A model generated the notes under the pieces. It was not told the DNA's origin and did not search any database. It saw nothing but the letters and a program-made list of their open reading frames with translations. A DNA stretch of 15,667 nucleotides from an uncultured bacterium (GTDB lineage: Bacteria > Schekmanbacteria > GWA2-38-11 > J061), in NCBI GenBank assembly GCA_964549305.1, contig CAZJVM010000058.1, positions 1 to 15,667 of the forward strand. Reading direction: 5' to 3'. Shown here one piece after another: positions 1 through 11,943 of the stretch. Position numbers and translations under genes: made by a program. Within the stretch, counting starts at the first letter, position 1. The number at the start of each line of letters is the position of its first letter.

Positions 1-37
1 CATGAGGCTTCGATCGATCAAATTTCTCTTTCCCCAT
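1..37 (-). CDS. tuf: Elongation factor Tu, N-terminal fragment (runs off the left edge)
   Basis: Read manually; absent from the ORF track. The minus strand from ATG at 37 gives MGKEKFDRSKPH, the EF-Tu N-terminus. SD GGAGG at 46-50. Canonical position after fusA. Confidence 0.95.
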   Translation of the reverse strand, partial: MGKEKFDRSKPH

Positions 38-84
38 CTCTTAGTCCTCCATAAAGTTATTTATAATTTTTTTATTTAAAATAC

Positions 85-2181
85 CTATATTGCCTTTTGC
101 AAACCGCTTACCTTTGAAACAATGCTTTCCGAAATATTCTGGGGAACTTCTTTGTAAAAGGAAAATTGCATCGAATAAGTAGCTCGCCCCTGAGTCTTTG
201 ACCTCAATGTCGTTGCATAGCCGAACATCTCTGAAAGAGGGACTTTTGCGTTTATAACCTGCGAACCCGCCCGTGGTTCCATTCCGAGAATTTCTCCCCT
301 GCGCGAATTAAGATCGCCTATTACGTCACCCACGTATTCGTCGGGAAGAACAACTTCAACTGACATTACCGGTTCAAGCAAAGCGGGCTTACACTTGTTG
401 AATACCTCTTTAAAAGCCATTGACGCGGCAATCTTAAATGACATTTCCGACGAGTCAACTTCATGATATGAACCGTCCAGGAGAGTTGCCTGAATATCTA
501 TAACCGGATACCCCGCCAAAATACCGCATTCCATCGATTCCTTCAATCCGGAATTTACCGCGGGAATATATTCCTTTGGAATCGATCCGCCTACTATTGC
601 ATTTTCGAAAACAAAACCGGAACCCGACTTAAGCGGTTCAAGACGAATCTTGACATGTCCGTATTGTCCCCTGCCTCCGCTTTGGCGCACATACTTCGCC
701 TCGCCCTCGCAGGCTTTCCTGATTGTTTCCTTATATGAAACGTTCGGTTTACCCACATTCGCGCCTACATTAAATTCTCTTAACAGTCTGTCTGTAATAA
801 TCTCCAGATGAAGCTCTCCCATACCGGAAATCAGCGTCTGTCCCGTTTCTTCGTTTTTTGAAACTTTGAATGAAGGGTCTTCCTGCATAAGTTTTGTAAG
901 CGACAACCCAAGTTTTTCTTCATCGGCTTTTGTTTTCGGTTCAATTGCAACAGATATAACGGGCTCGGGAAAAACAATGGATTCAAGTATTACCGGTTTT
1001 CCAGGGTCGCAAAGAGTATCGCCCGTAAAGGTATTTTTCAGTCCCACAGCGGCAACAATATCGCCGGCATAGACTTCTTTTATCTCTTCCCTCTTGTTAG
1101 CGTGCATTTTCAGAAGACGCCCTATTCTTTCTTTTTTCCCGTTCGATGAATTCAGTATCTGAGACCCCGAACCGATATGCCCCGAATAAACCCGGAAAAA
1201 TGTGAGCTGTCCCACAAAGGGGTCCGTCATAATTTTAAACGCGAGGGCAGTAAAAGGTTTGTTATCATCAGCGAATATCTCCACCGCGTCTTTCCCTTTA
1301 ACCGGTATTGACTCAAAGGGAGGAACATCAACAGGTGAAGGAAGGTATTCGACTACAGCGTCAAGAAGGGGTTGTACTCCTTTATTCTTGAAAGCCGAAC
1401 CACATAAAACAGGCGTTATCTTATTTTCAACTGTAAGTTTTCTTACTGCATCTTTTAGTTCCTTTACCGTGGGTTCAGTGCCTTCAATATATCTCTCCAT
1501 AATGACATCATCATATTCACCGAGTATTTCTATTAGTTTTTCCCTTGCTTGTGCTACGCCTTCCTCAATCCCCGCAGGAATATCATCAGAAGATTCAACT
1601 TCAATACCGAGATTATCTTCAGGAAAAGAAAGAGATTTCATTGTTATCAGGTCAAAAACACCTTTAAAATTTTCTTCGCTTCCTATGGGATACTGAAGAA
1701 GAAGGGGTTTTGACTTGAGGCGCTCTTTTATCATTTTGAGACATCTGAAAAGGTCCGCTCCACTGCGGTCCATTTTGTTCACAAACGCTATTCGCGGCAC
1801 TCTGTACTTGTCAGCCTGTCTCCATACGGTTTCCGACTGAGGTTCAACACCTCCCACTGCGCAAAAAACAGCCACAACTCCGTCCAGCACCCTTAGCGAC
1901 CTTTCAACTTCGACGGTAAAATCCACATGGCCCGGCGTATCTATGATGTTGACTCTGTGGTCTCTCCAAAAACAGGTTGTCGCCGCGGATGTTATCGTTA
2001 TTCCCCGTTCCTGTTCCTGCTCCATCCAGTCCATTGTCGCCGCGCCGTCGTGTACCTCACCCATCCTGTAAAGAATTCCCGTATAATAAAGGACTCTTTC
2101 AGTCGTTGTGGTCTTACCGGCATCAATATGAGCCATTATGCCGATATTCCGGATTTTTTCCAAAGGTACTAGTCTGGCCAT
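85..2181 (-). CDS. fusA: Elongation factor G (698 aa)
   Basis: Motifs [37 protein letters not shown] and GMGELHLEI. Start moved from 2208 to the ATG at 2181 ([12 protein letters not shown]), 7 nt after the rpsG stop. The SD-like AGGTGG is formed by the last rpsG codons. Confidence 0.98.
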   Translation of the reverse strand: MARLVPLEKIRNIGIMAHIDAGKTTTTERVLYYTGILYRMGEVHDGAATMDWMEQEQERGITITSAATTCFWRDHRVNIIDTPGHVDFTVEVERSLRVLDGVVAVFCAVGGVEPQSETVWRQADKYRVPRIAFVNKMDRSGADLFRCLKMIKERLKSKPLLLQYPIGSEENFKGVFDLITMKSLSFPEDNLGIEVESSDDIPAGIEEGVAQAREKLIEILGEYDDVIMERYIEGTEPTVKELKDAVRKLTVENKITPVLCGSAFKNKGVQPLLDAVVEYLPSPVDVPPFESIPVKGKDAVEIFADDNKPFTALAFKIMTDPFVGQLTFFRVYSGHIGSGSQILNSSNGKKERIGRLLKMHANKREEIKEVYAGDIVAAVGLKNTFTGDTLCDPGKPVILESIVFPEPVISVAIEPKTKADEEKLGLSLTKLMQEDPSFKVSKNEETGQTLISGMGELHLEIITDRLLREFNVGANVGKPNVSYKETIRKACEGEAKYVRQSGGRGQYGHVKIRLEPLKSGSGFVFENAIVGGSIPKEYIPAVNSGLKESMECGILAGYPVIDIQATLLDGSYHEVDSSEMSFKIAASMAFKEVFNKCKPALLEPVMSVEVVLPDEYVGDVIGDLNSRRGEILGMEPRAGSQVINAKVPLSEMFGYATTLRSKTQGRATYSMQFSFYKEVPQNISESIVSKVSGLQKAI

Positions 2182-2188
2182 TAGTATT

Positions 2189-2662
2189 TTACCACCTGTA
2201 ATGGGCAAAAGCTTTGTTAGCTTCCGCCATCTTATGAGTATCCTGCTTTTTCTTAATTGCAGTACCTATATTATTAGCAGCATCGATAATTTCCGATGCC
2301 AGTTTTTCCTTCATACTTTTTTCTTTTCTCGCTGCAGAAGCGTTGATCAGCCATCTTATGCTCAAAGAGATTTTTCTATCTGGCGGAACTTCTATGGGAA
2401 TTTGATAAGTTGCGCCTCCAACCCTTCTGGATTTAACTTCAAGGGAAGGTTTGATATTTTCTATGGCCTTGTAAAAAATCGATATGGCATCATCGCTTTT
2501 CGTCTTTTCTTCTATGGTTTTAATCGCGCCGTAGAAAATTCTTTCCGTAGTACTTTTCTTGCCATCGAGCATTAGGTTATTTATAAAACGACTCACAAGC
2601 ACGCTTCCGAATTTAAGGTCCGGCTGTATTTCTCTCTTTTTAATAAATTTTTTTCTTGGCAT
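2189..2662 (-). CDS. rpsG: 30S ribosomal protein S7
   Basis: MPRK start, [30 protein letters not shown] end; str-operon position. Confidence 0.99.
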   Translation of the reverse strand: MPRKKFIKKREIQPDLKFGSVLVSRFINNLMLDGKKSTTERIFYGAIKTIEEKTKSDDAISIFYKAIENIKPSLEVKSRRVGGATYQIPIEVPPDRKISLSIRWLINASAARKEKSMKEKLASEIIDAANNIGTAIKKKQDTHKMAEANKAFAHYRW

Positions 2663-2699
2663 TAGTGGATACCCTGATCTTTTTTCTTCAAAGGTTAGC

Positions 2700-3074
2700 T
2701 TATTTTGATTCTCTCTTCACTCCGTACTTTGACCTTGCCTTTTTCCTGTTTGAAACCCCCGCAGTGTCAAGGCAACCACGGACAACATGATATCTTACTC
2801 CGGGCAGATCCTTTATTCTTCCGCCTCTGATAAGAACAATCGAATGTTCCTGAAGGTTGTGTCCCTCACCGGGAATATAACAGGTTACTTCATAGCTGTT
2901 AGTCAATCTGACCCTTGCAACCTTTCTCAAAGCCGAATTAGGCTTTTTAGGGGTAGTCGTATAAACCCTCAGGCAAACTCCTCTTCGCTGAGGACAATTT
3001 GAAAGTGCCGGTGAATCCGACTTTTCTTTTATCTTCTTCCTGCCTTTTCTAATAAGTTGGTTCAAAGTTGGCAT
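2700..3074 (-). CDS. rpsL: 30S ribosomal protein S12
   Basis: [43 protein letters not shown] at 3084-3088. Confidence 0.99.
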   Translation of the reverse strand: MPTLNQLIRKGRKKIKEKSDSPALSNCPQRRGVCLRVYTTTPKKPNSALRKVARVRLTNSYEVTCYIPGEGHNLQEHSIVLIRGGRIKDLPGVRYHVVRGCLDTAGVSNRKKARSKYGVKRESK

Positions 3075-3126
3075 ACTAAACCACTCCCGTGAATGTTCTT
3101 TAAGTTATAGTTAAGAGTCAAACCTC

Positions 3127-3164
3127 AAAAAATTGATTGAAAGATGGCAATCTTTAGCTATCAA
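3127..3164 (-). terminator. Possible weak intrinsic terminator after rpoC
   Basis: The minus strand reads TTGAT-AGCT-AAAGAT-TGCC-ATCTTT-CA-ATCAA-TTTTTT: an interrupted AT-rich stem followed by T6, starting 11 nt after the rpoC stop. The stem is weak. Confidence 0.35.
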
Positions 3165-3175
3165 ATGCCTCTTTG

Positions 3176-6100
3176 TCAAGCAATTTCTTCATCTAAACCC
3201 ATTTTTAATTTTCTGTAATCATCAAGCCCCGTTCCAGCTGGAATAAGCTTGCCCATAATGACGTTTTCTTTAAGTCCCTGAAGCGTATCAATCTTGCCGT
3301 TAAGTGCCGCCTCCGTGAGAATTCTTGTGGTTTCCTGAAATGACGCGGCGGAAACAAAGCTTGTCGTGGAAAGAGCCGCTTTGGTAATGCCCAGAAGCAC
3401 AGGTTCCCATTCAGCCGGTTTACCTTTATTGCTTCTTACCTCTTTGTTGACTTTTTCCACTTCCCTTTTATCTTCCTGCTGTCCCACAATATACCCGGTG
3501 TCGCCGGCATCCTTGATTTTTACCTTCTTGAGCATCTGCCGCACCATTGTTTCAATATGTTTGTCATTTATGCTCACACCCTGGAGGCGATAGACTTCCT
3601 GTACCTGCGCCACAAGAAATTTCTGCAGCTCATTGGGTCCCTGCACTTTAAGAATGTCGTGTGGATTGGGCAACCCGTCAACAAGGGATTCTCCGGCTTT
3701 TATGAATTCGCCTTCCTGGACAAGAATATGCTTTCCACGGGGGATGAGATATTCCTTTACCTTTCCCTTGTCGGGCTTTACAACTACACGCCTTTGTCCC
3801 GCCTTAGCTTTAGCTTTGGATAGGGGTTCGCGCGGAAGTTCCACCACTCCGTCTATTTCGCTGATTATGGCTTGTTCTTTCGGTTTTCTTGCTTCAAAAA
3901 GCTCATCAACTCTCGGGAGACCTACCGTCATATCCTTGGTCTTGGTCGTTTCTCTGGGAATCTTGGCAATTATGTCACCGTTTCTTATTTCCTCTCCTTC
4001 GTCAACTTCAATATACGCTCCTGTGGGAAGCTGATATCGCGCAGCGGTCTTATTACTTGCGTCCTTAATAGAGATTCGCGGTTCCATAGACGAATCCTTG
4101 TAGTCAACGACTACGCGCATGGTATGAGCAGTAATCTCGTCAACCTCTTGCTTGATTGTCTGTCCGTCAATAATATCTCCGAATTTAATGATTCCGTTTT
4201 TCTCGGAAATAATGACTTTGTTATGGGGATCCCATTCAAAAAGATCCTGTCCGGATTCAACGGTTTCTTTTTCCTTCACCTTCATCTGCGCACCGTACTC
4301 AACGGGATAATTTCTTATCCTGTTATTTCCTTCATCAACTATTACTAACCCCTTCCTGCTTACTACGACAAGATTCCCCGCTCTGTTTTCATATGTGCGA
4401 ATACCTTTATATTTGACAGTTCCGGGATTCTTCGCTTTTCTGCTTGAAAGAGTGCTTGCCCCGCTTACCGCGCCTCCGATATGGAATGTTCTCATAGTAA
4501 GCTGAGTCCCCGGTTCACCTATTGACTGTGCCGCGATAATGCCGATAGGGTCTCCTATCTTGATGGTTTTTCCGGTGGCAAGATTTCTTCCGTAACATTT
4601 TATGCAGGATCCGTTCTTTGAATCGCAGGTAAGAACAGATCTTATTTTTACATTGTCAATACCGGCATCTTCAATAAGTTCGACAATATCTTCATTGATT
4701 TCATCATTGGCTTTGACTATGACTTCGCCCGTTGTGGGATCTTTGATCTCGTCAAGGGAAGTCCTTCCGAGAATTCTGTCTGCCAACGGTTCGATTATCT
4801 CACCGCCTTCCATTAAAGGTTCCACTTCAATACCGTCAATGGTGCCGCAGTCATATTCGTTTACAACAAGGTCCTGGGAAACATCTACGAGTCTTCTTGT
4901 AAGATATCCGGAATTTGCCGTTTTTAAAGCTGTATCTGCAAGACCTTTTCGCGCTCCGTGAGTCGAGATAAAGTACTCGAGAACCGACAACCCTTCCTTA
5001 AAGTTTGATTGGATAGGGGTTTCGATAATTTCTCCGGAGGGTTTTGCCATCAATCCTCTCATTCCGGCAAGCTGGCGAATCTGGTTTGCGCTTCCACGGG
5101 CACCCGAGTCGAGCATCATAAAAACAGGGTTGAATTGTGCCTCGGAAGTTTTCTCGCCTAACCTCATACTCCTGTCTTCTTCCTGAAGTTCCCTTAAAAG
5201 TTCATCTGCAACACGGTCTGTTGTCTGTGACCATGTATCGACGACTTTGTTATATCTTTCTCCTGCGGTGATAATACCTTCTCTGTACTCCTTATCTATA
5301 TTGATGACATCGCTTATGGCGCTGTCGAGAAGCTTCTTTTTTTCAGCAGGTATCTTCAGGTCGGCAATCGAAAAGGATATTCCCGCTTTTGTTGCAAAGG
5401 AAAACCCGAGCTCTTTCAGTTTATCGAGAACAACAACCGTTCTTCTCGTTCCCACGGTTCTGAAGCATTTTTCAATAAGCGCCACAATGTTCTTCTTCTT
5501 CATCTCCCTGTCAACATACTCAAAGGAAATTTCGGTGGGAATAATCTCCAGCAAAAAAAATCTTCCCACGACAGACGACAATATTTGTCCGTTAAATCTT
5601 GTTTTCACTAAAGCGTGAATATCAACTTCTCCGAGATCATAGGCGTATTTCATCTCATCAATGGAGGAAAAAATCATTCCCTCGCCTTTGGCGCCTTTTT
5701 TCTCCTTTGTCATATAATAAAGCCCGAGCACCATATCCTGACTCGGCACCATAATAGGACTTCCGTTTGCCGGTGAGAGAATATTGTTGGATGACATCAT
5801 CAACACCCTTGCTTCCAGTTGCGCTTCATTTGAAAGGGGAAGGTGCACAGCCATCTGGTCACCATCAAAGTCAGCATTGTACGCCGCGCACACAAGAGGA
5901 TGTACACTTATTGCTTTGCTTTCCGTAAGGACAGGTTCAAATGCCTGAATTCCGAGTCTGTGAAGCGTCGGAGCTCTGTTTAAAAGCACAGGATGCTCCT
6001 TTATAACCTCATCGAGTATATCCCACACTTCGGCGCTGAGCTTTTCGACCTTTTTCTTCGCATTTTTTATGTTTTGCACAAGCCCTTTTTTCTCAAGCTT

Positions 6101-7408
6101 GTGATAAATAAAAGGCTTGAATAATTCCAGCGCCATCATTTTTGGAATACCGCACTGGTTAAGCTTCAGATTGGGACCCACGACAATAACCGACCTCGCG
6201 GAGTAATCCACGCGTTTTCCGAGAAGATTCTGCCTGAATCTTCCCTGTTTTCCCTTGAGCATATCGCTGAGGGATTTCAAAGGCCTCTTATTCTGGCCTT
6301 TCAGCGCGCGACCGCGCTTGCTGTTGTCAAAGAGGGCGTCCACAGCTTCCTGAAGCATTCTTTTCTCGTTTCTTATTATAACTTCAGGCGCTTCCAGTTC
6401 TCTTAGTCTTTTAAGACGGTTATTTCTGTTGATAACCCTTCTGTACAGGTCATTGAGGTCCGAAGTGGCAAATCTTCCACCCTGAAGAGGCACTAAAGGC
6501 CTGAGATCGGGCGGAATTACGGGAATAACCTCGAGAATCATCCATTCGGGGTGATTTCCGGATTTTCTTAACGCCTCTACGATTTTAAGGCGCTTTAGAA
6601 GATTGCGCTTTGTCTGAACGGATTTAACCGTTTTTAAATTGACACGAAGCTCCTTTGAAAGCTCTTCAAGGTCCAGGTCAATGAGCATCTTTTTTATCGA
6701 TTCAGCTCCTATGCCTGCAGCGAAATTTTGCGGAGGCTCATAATATTGCTGTCTGTACTCCTCAACGGTCAAACCGTGCTCTTTTAAATGCTCCTCGATA
6801 TAAGGTCCGGTTATCTGCATTTCAAATCCACATTCCTGACAAACTTCAAGTCCTGCGTCATTAATCCATCTACCCTCCATTATGAGATTGTAACGCTCTT
6901 CGGTGAGAAGCTCGTAATCTTTGAAGGGGTTGGGTACTTTCTTGCTGTTTTCCTCCTCGCCTCTGTTGACGATAACAAACTGTTCAAAATAGAGAATCTT
7001 CTCAAGGTTGCGCAATGACATATTCAAAAGACCGCCTATGCGACTCGGTATTCCCTTGAAAAACCATGTATGGGCTACCGGTGAAGCAAGTTCGATATGC
7101 CCCATTCTTTCTCTGCGCACCTTTGCCTGAATTACCTCGACACCGCACTTTTCGCAGGTAATACCCCTGTGCTTCATTCTCTTGTACTTGCCGCAGTTAC
7201 ATTCCCAGTCTTTTGTGGGGCCGAATATCTTGGCACAAAACAAACCGTCGCGCTCAGGCTTGAATGTCCTGTAATTGATGGTTTCCGGTTTTGTCACTTC
7301 TCCGTAAGACCATGACCTGATCTTTTCAGGAGATGCCAGCGATATCTTTATGGAATTAAATTTAACCGGGTCCTTTGCCTCGTTAAAATGAGAAATAAAA
7401 TCACTCAA
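3176..7408 (-). CDS. rpoC: DNA-directed RNA polymerase subunit beta' (1410 aa, TTG start)
   Basis: Catalytic NADFDGD, N-terminal Zn site (CNC...CEKC), bridge helix [17 protein letters not shown], and trigger loop TMRTFH with an SI3/beta'-i6-type insertion. SD AAGGAG lies 8 nt before the TTG. Confidence 0.99.
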   Translation of the reverse strand: MSDFISHFNEAKDPVKFNSIKISLASPEKIRSWSYGEVTKPETINYRTFKPERDGLFCAKIFGPTKDWECNCGKYKRMKHRGITCEKCGVEVIQAKVRRERMGHIELASPVAHTWFFKGIPSRIGGLLNMSLRNLEKILYFEQFVIVNRGEEENSKKVPNPFKDYELLTEERYNLIMEGRWINDAGLEVCQECGFEMQITGPYIEEHLKEHGLTVEEYRQQYYEPPQNFAAGIGAESIKKMLIDLDLEELSKELRVNLKTVKSVQTKRNLLKRLKIVEALRKSGNHPEWMILEVIPVIPPDLRPLVPLQGGRFATSDLNDLYRRVINRNNRLKRLRELEAPEVIIRNEKRMLQEAVDALFDNSKRGRALKGQNKRPLKSLSDMLKGKQGRFRQNLLGKRVDYSARSVIVVGPNLKLNQCGIPKMMALELFKPFIYHKLEKKGLVQNIKNAKKKVEKLSAEVWDILDEVIKEHPVLLNRAPTLHRLGIQAFEPVLTESKAISVHPLVCAAYNADFDGDQMAVHLPLSNEAQLEARVLMMSSNNILSPANGSPIMVPSQDMVLGLYYMTKEKKGAKGEGMIFSSIDEMKYAYDLGEVDIHALVKTRFNGQILSSVVGRFFLLEIIPTEISFEYVDREMKKKNIVALIEKCFRTVGTRRTVVVLDKLKELGFSFATKAGISFSIADLKIPAEKKKLLDSAISDVINIDKEYREGIITAGERYNKVVDTWSQTTDRVADELLRELQEEDRSMRLGEKTSEAQFNPVFMMLDSGARGSANQIRQLAGMRGLMAKPSGEIIETPIQSNFKEGLSVLEYFISTHGARKGLADTALKTANSGYLTRRLVDVSQDLVVNEYDCGTIDGIEVEPLMEGGEIIEPLADRILGRTSLDEIKDPTTGEVIVKANDEINEDIVELIEDAGIDNVKIRSVLTCDSKNGSCIKCYGRNLATGKTIKIGDPIGIIAAQSIGEPGTQLTMRTFHIGGAVSGASTLSSRKAKNPGTVKYKGIRTYENRAGNLVVVSRKGLVIVDEGNNRIRNYPVEYGAQMKVKEKETVESGQDLFEWDPHNKVIISEKNGIIKFGDIIDGQTIKQEVDEITAHTMRVVVDYKDSSMEPRISIKDASNKTAARYQLPTGAYIEVDEGEEIRNGDIIAKIPRETTKTKDMTVGLPRVDELFEARKPKEQAIISEIDGVVELPREPLSKAKAKAGQRRVVVKPDKGKVKEYLIPRGKHILVQEGEFIKAGESLVDGLPNPHDILKVQGPNELQKFLVAQVQEVYRLQGVSINDKHIETMVRQMLKKVKIKDAGDTGYIVGQQEDKREVEKVNKEVRSNKGKPAEWEPVLLGITKAALSTTSFVSAASFQETTRILTEAALNGKIDTLQGLKENVIMGKLIPAGTGLDDYRKLKMGLDEEIA

Positions 7409-7432
7409 GGCATTTTCTCCTTATTTAAAATT

Positions 7433-10400
7433 TTAATCGTTCTGAATCAGTTCAACATCCAGACCAAGACTCTGCAGTTCTTTTACAAGAACGTTGAAAG
7501 ACTCGGGCAATCCCGGTGCAGGAGGATTCACGCCCCTTACTATTGCCTCATACATTGAAGTCCTGCCGGAAATATCGTCTGATTTAACTGTGAGCATTTC
7601 CTGCAGTATATTAGCGGCACCGTAAGCTTCCAATGCCCATACTTCCATTTCTCCCAGTCTTTGACCTCCAAACTGCGATTTTCCGCCAAGAGGCTGTTGC
7701 GTAACAAGAGAGTAAGGACCTATTGAACGGGCATGGAGTTTATCGTCAACCAGATGGTGCAGTTTGTTCATGTATATATATCCAACGGTTACTTCCTGAG
7801 CAAAAGATTCTCCAGTTTTTCCGTCATATAGCCGGTGTTTCCCTGAAACAGGAAGACCCGCTTCTCCGAGAAGTCTTTCGATATCCTCAATATGCGCTCC
7901 GTCGAAAACCGGTGTCGACATTGGTATTCCACCTTCGAGCTCGAAGACATAATCTTTGAGCTCTTTCGATGTAAGAGAATCGATATACTTTGAGATATCC
8001 CGGTTATTGAACAACGATTTAATCTGCTCGCGAATCACGGGATAATCCTTGACAAACGCTTCATCCAGTCCGAGAGACTTTGCCTGCATAATGGTATCTT
8101 CGGTGAGGACTTCATCCTTTTTCTGAAGAACCATATCGGTCGTTCCTATCATAAGGTCTTCGGCAAGTTCCCATCCCTTGCAGTCATCGATATTTTTTTT
8201 AATCTGTTTTATGGATGCTTCATCTACGATTTTCTGAATCTGTTCTCCGAGTTTTTTTGCGGCCCAACCGAGATGGGTTTCAAGTATCTGTCCCAGGTTC
8301 ATACGGGAAGGAACACCCAAAGGATTCAACACTATATCAACCGGCGTGCCGTCAGGAAGATAGGGCATATCTTCTTCCGGAACAATCCTTGACACAACAC
8401 CTTTGTTTCCATGTCTTCCCGCCATCTTATCGCCAACGGAAAGCTTCCTTTCTATAGCCACATAAACCCTCACAAGCTTGATTACGCCCGGAGGAAGTTC
8501 ATCTCCCCTTTGAAGTCTTGATATTCTTTTATCCCTTATGGTTTTGAGAATCTCGATCTGGTCCTTTGCGTCTTCCTCGATTGCTTCAATCTTTTTTCTC
8601 ACATCAGATTCTTTAATTTTTATGGAAGAATAATTTTCCGGACTGATTTTTCTCAGGTTTCCGGGAGTAACTTTATCCCCCTTTTCAAAAATAACTCCTC
8701 TACTTCCCGTGCTTGTCACCTTCTCTTTTACAACGCAGTCGATGAGAAGTTTAAATATCTTTCTGTTGTTATCTTCTTTAATAATCCTTTTTTCATCCTC
8801 AAAATCTTTTTCAATCTTATTGATTTCCTCATCTTCGATAAGCTTGCTTCTTTCATCCTTATCCACGCCGCGCCTTGAAAAAACCTTTACATCCGTCACA
8901 ATTCCCGACGCACCCGGAGGCATTTTAAGAGAGGTATCTTTCACATCCCTCGCTTTTTCGCCAAAGATTGCCCTGAGAAGTTTTTCCTCGGGAGAAAGCT
9001 GAGATTCACCCTTCGGAGTAATCTTGCCCACGAGGATATCTCCCGCTTTCACCTTTGCGCCTATGTAAACAATTCCGCTTTCATCAAGATTGTTAAGAGC
9101 ACCTTCACCGATATTGGGAATATCTCTTGTTACCTCTTCGGCGCCGAATTTTGTATCCCTTGCTTCAAGCTCAAATCTTTCGATATGGATTGAAGTGAAA
9201 AGATCATCCTTCACGACTTTTTCGCTGATAAGTATCGAATCTTCAAAGTTATAACCCTGCCACGGCATAAACGCCACAAGTACATTATTTCCAAGGGCAA
9301 GGTCTCCCCTGTCAGTTGAGGGACCGTCGGCAACAACATCGCCCTTTTTCACATACTGGCCCTTTTTTACGATTGGCTTCTGATTAATCGTGGTATTCTG
9401 ATTTGACCGTTCAAATTTTCTCAGGGTGTATATATCAACATTTGAGTCAAGAGATAATCTTTCCCCGTTTTCTTCGGAAATTCTTATTACTATTCTTGAA
9501 CCGGAAACACTTTCCACAATTCCCGAATGGCGAGCAACGACAACTGCGCCGCATTCCTTCGCCACAATGGCTTCCATTCCGGTTCCCACAATGGGCGCGC
9601 CCGGTTTTACAAGGGGCACACTCTGTCTCTGCATGTTGGAACCCATAAGAGCTCGGTTTGCGTCATCGTGTTCGAGAAAAGGAATCATAGAGCTTGCAAC
9701 ACTAACGAGCTGTTTCGGAGACACATCCATATAATCAATCTGTTCAGGTGACGCGAGAATGAAGTCTCCCTCTTTTCTCGACCTTATACGGTCACTTTCG
9801 AATTCGCCGTTTTCTTTTATTGGTGCGTTTGCCTGGGCTATTACATACTTGTCTTCAATGTCCGCGGGAAGATACTCAACGGTGGATGTCACCTTTCCCT
9901 TTACTACCTTTCTGTAGGGGGTTTCTATGAAACCGAATTCATTTACGCGCGCGTAAGTGCTCAACGACGCAATCAGACCGATATTGGGACCTTCCGGCGT
10001 TTCCACCGGACATATGCGCCCGTAATGGCTGGGCTGAACGTCTCTGACATCAAAACCAGCCCTTTCACGCGTCAGACCGCCGGGACCCAGAGCGGAAAGT
10101 CTACGCTTATGAGTAAGTTCCGAAAGAGGATTTGTCTGGTCCATAAACTGAGAAAGCTGGCTTGAACCGAAAAATTCCTTAATTACCGACGTAACAGGTT
10201 TTGAGTTGATAAGGTCAGTGGGCATAAGAGTTTCCGCGTCCTGCAGATTCATTCTCATTCTTTCTCTTATTGCCCGTTCCAGCCTTACAAGCCCCATTCT
10301 GAACTGATTCTCCAAAAGCTCGCCTACGGTGCGCACTCTTCTGTTTCCAAGATGGTCAATATCATCTATGGAGCCTATTCCGTTTTTGAGCTCGAGAAGG

Positions 10401-11932
10401 TGCCTTACGACAGCAAGTACATCCTCTTTCGTGAGTGTGCTTGTCTCGATTGGAACATCCAGGTCAAGCTTGTTGTTAAGTTTCATGCGACCAACTTTCG
10501 AGAGGTCATACCGCTTTGCATCGAAAAAGAGTGATTCAAAAAAGTTTTTCGCAGTCTCTTCAGTCGGCGGATCTCCCGGCCTGAGGCGCTTGTAGATTTC
10601 TTCCTGAGCTTCCTGCGGGGTATGCAGGAGATCAACACCAAGCGTTTTGCTCATTGCAATATCATTATAGGATTCCAATCCGGTAATAGTCTCAAATGAT
10701 TTTATTTTGGCTTCTATAAACTTCTCAAGCACCTCTTCAGTTATTTCCTGATTGCATTCGGCTATAACCTCGCCTGTTTCCCTGTTAATTATATCCTTTG
10801 CAAGATGCTGGTTGTAAAGACCCTCCCTTTTTACCTGAAACTCTTTTATTCCGAGGTCTTTGAGTTCCTGATAAATTCTTTTTGAGATCTTCTTATTTTC
10901 TTTTGCGACAATCGCTTTCTTTCCCGGTGCCTTGATTTCCACCGATGCTTTTGAGCCGATAATGGATTTTTGAACTTTTTTCAAAAAAGTCTTGTTCTCA
11001 TGGTCAATTTTGTAGGTGTCAAACTGGTAGAATTCTTTGAGAATTTCCTCAGAAGAATATCCAAGAGCTTTAAGAAAAACAGTCGCGGGAAGTTTTCTTT
11101 TCTTGTCTATTTTTACGTGAAGAATGTCTTTGTAGTCAAACTCAAAATCGAGCCAGGAACCTCTGTAGGGAATAATCCTGCAGGAAAAAAGCACCATTCC
11201 GCTTGCGTGGACTTTCCCCTCGTCGTGAGTAAAAAAGGCACCCGGCGAACGATGCATCTGACTTACGATAACCCTTTCAGTGCCGTTAATAATAAACGTG
11301 CCTTTGTCGCCAAGACGAATCTTCCCTTTGTCATTTTCACGAATATCCGACATCAAAGGGAATTCGCCGAGATACACTTCCTGCTCTTTTATATCCCTGA
11401 TAGTTTTTTTTGCCGCATCCTCAGGATCAATATCATACATAATGAGCTGGATTTTAACCTTCAGTGGAATTGCAAAAGTCTTTCCTTTGCTCAAACTCTC
11501 AGGAACGGTGTATTTCGGTTTCAAAGTAACTCTTGAATTACAATCAGGACACTTCTTGTAAAAAAGAGGCTTCTTGCATTCAGGACATTTAAATTTTTTT
11601 AACTCGGAAATTCCGCTCGCTTTACAGCTTTTGCACTCCCATTCATACCTGGAATGAATTCCCTTCATAGCTCCGCACTTGCACTCCCATTGTCCAAGCT
11701 CGTAGCTTACGAATTCAAGGGAAATCTTTTCCGTATAATCCTTTATGGGGAATACTTCCCTGAAAACCTTCTCAAGGCCTATAGTCTCGTTTCTGCTTTC
11801 GGGAAGATAGTCAATTTGCAGAAAATCCTCGAAGGATAGTCTTTGCAAATCAATAAGTGAAGGTACTTCCATCACCTTGTATAGTTTCGAAAAATCTTTC
11901 CTTAAAACTCGGGGCAGACCCTCGCTTTTCAT
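7433..11932 (-). CDS. rpoB: DNA-directed RNA polymerase subunit beta (1499 aa)
   Basis: Rif region [58 protein letters not shown]. Insertions of beta-i4, beta-i9 and beta-i11 type are present. SD GAGGAG. Confidence 0.99.
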   Translation of the reverse strand: MKSEGLPRVLRKDFSKLYKVMEVPSLIDLQRLSFEDFLQIDYLPESRNETIGLEKVFREVFPIKDYTEKISLEFVSYELGQWECKCGAMKGIHSRYEWECKSCKASGISELKKFKCPECKKPLFYKKCPDCNSRVTLKPKYTVPESLSKGKTFAIPLKVKIQLIMYDIDPEDAAKKTIRDIKEQEVYLGEFPLMSDIRENDKGKIRLGDKGTFIINGTERVIVSQMHRSPGAFFTHDEGKVHASGMVLFSCRIIPYRGSWLDFEFDYKDILHVKIDKKRKLPATVFLKALGYSSEEILKEFYQFDTYKIDHENKTFLKKVQKSIIGSKASVEIKAPGKKAIVAKENKKISKRIYQELKDLGIKEFQVKREGLYNQHLAKDIINRETGEVIAECNQEITEEVLEKFIEAKIKSFETITGLESYNDIAMSKTLGVDLLHTPQEAQEEIYKRLRPGDPPTEETAKNFFESLFFDAKRYDLSKVGRMKLNNKLDLDVPIETSTLTKEDVLAVVRHLLELKNGIGSIDDIDHLGNRRVRTVGELLENQFRMGLVRLERAIRERMRMNLQDAETLMPTDLINSKPVTSVIKEFFGSSQLSQFMDQTNPLSELTHKRRLSALGPGGLTRERAGFDVRDVQPSHYGRICPVETPEGPNIGLIASLSTYARVNEFGFIETPYRKVVKGKVTSTVEYLPADIEDKYVIAQANAPIKENGEFESDRIRSRKEGDFILASPEQIDYMDVSPKQLVSVASSMIPFLEHDDANRALMGSNMQRQSVPLVKPGAPIVGTGMEAIVAKECGAVVVARHSGIVESVSGSRIVIRISEENGERLSLDSNVDIYTLRKFERSNQNTTINQKPIVKKGQYVKKGDVVADGPSTDRGDLALGNNVLVAFMPWQGYNFEDSILISEKVVKDDLFTSIHIERFELEARDTKFGAEEVTRDIPNIGEGALNNLDESGIVYIGAKVKAGDILVGKITPKGESQLSPEEKLLRAIFGEKARDVKDTSLKMPPGASGIVTDVKVFSRRGVDKDERSKLIEDEEINKIEKDFEDEKRIIKEDNNRKIFKLLIDCVVKEKVTSTGSRGVIFEKGDKVTPGNLRKISPENYSSIKIKESDVRKKIEAIEEDAKDQIEILKTIRDKRISRLQRGDELPPGVIKLVRVYVAIERKLSVGDKMAGRHGNKGVVSRIVPEEDMPYLPDGTPVDIVLNPLGVPSRMNLGQILETHLGWAAKKLGEQIQKIVDEASIKQIKKNIDDCKGWELAEDLMIGTTDMVLQKKDEVLTEDTIMQAKSLGLDEAFVKDYPVIREQIKSLFNNRDISKYIDSLTSKELKDYVFELEGGIPMSTPVFDGAHIEDIERLLGEAGLPVSGKHRLYDGKTGESFAQEVTVGYIYMNKLHHLVDDKLHARSIGPYSLVTQQPLGGKSQFGGQRLGEMEVWALEAYGAANILQEMLTVKSDDISGRTSMYEAIVRGVNPPAPGLPESFNVLVKELQSLGLDVELIQND

Positions 11933-11943
11933 AGCGACTCCTC

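Noticed and set aside
2182-2208. 9-aa N-terminal extension of EF-G (MPITGGKIL) in the ORF track
   Set aside because: It overlaps the rpsG 3' end. The ATG at 2181 gives the typical EF-G start and has an SD-like sequence.
3095-3125. TTGACT and TATAAC upstream of rpsL as a sigma70 promoter
   Set aside because: The two hexamers are only 6 nt apart. A promoter may exist in this spacer but I cannot place it.
3800-3820. Short GCTAAA-like tandem encoding KAKAKA in beta'
   Set aside because: A low-complexity coding loop of a few residues, not a repeat element.
2700-10200. Antibiotic-resistance alleles in rpsL and the rpoB Rif region
   Set aside because: S12 PKKPNS and KDLPG and the main Rif-contact residues match the sensitive consensus.
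3176-11932. Inteins or introns as an explanation for the long rpoB and rpoC
   Set aside because: The reading frames are continuous. The inserts are short and lack intein terminal motifs or homing-endonuclease signatures, and the length is explained by lineage-specific insertions.
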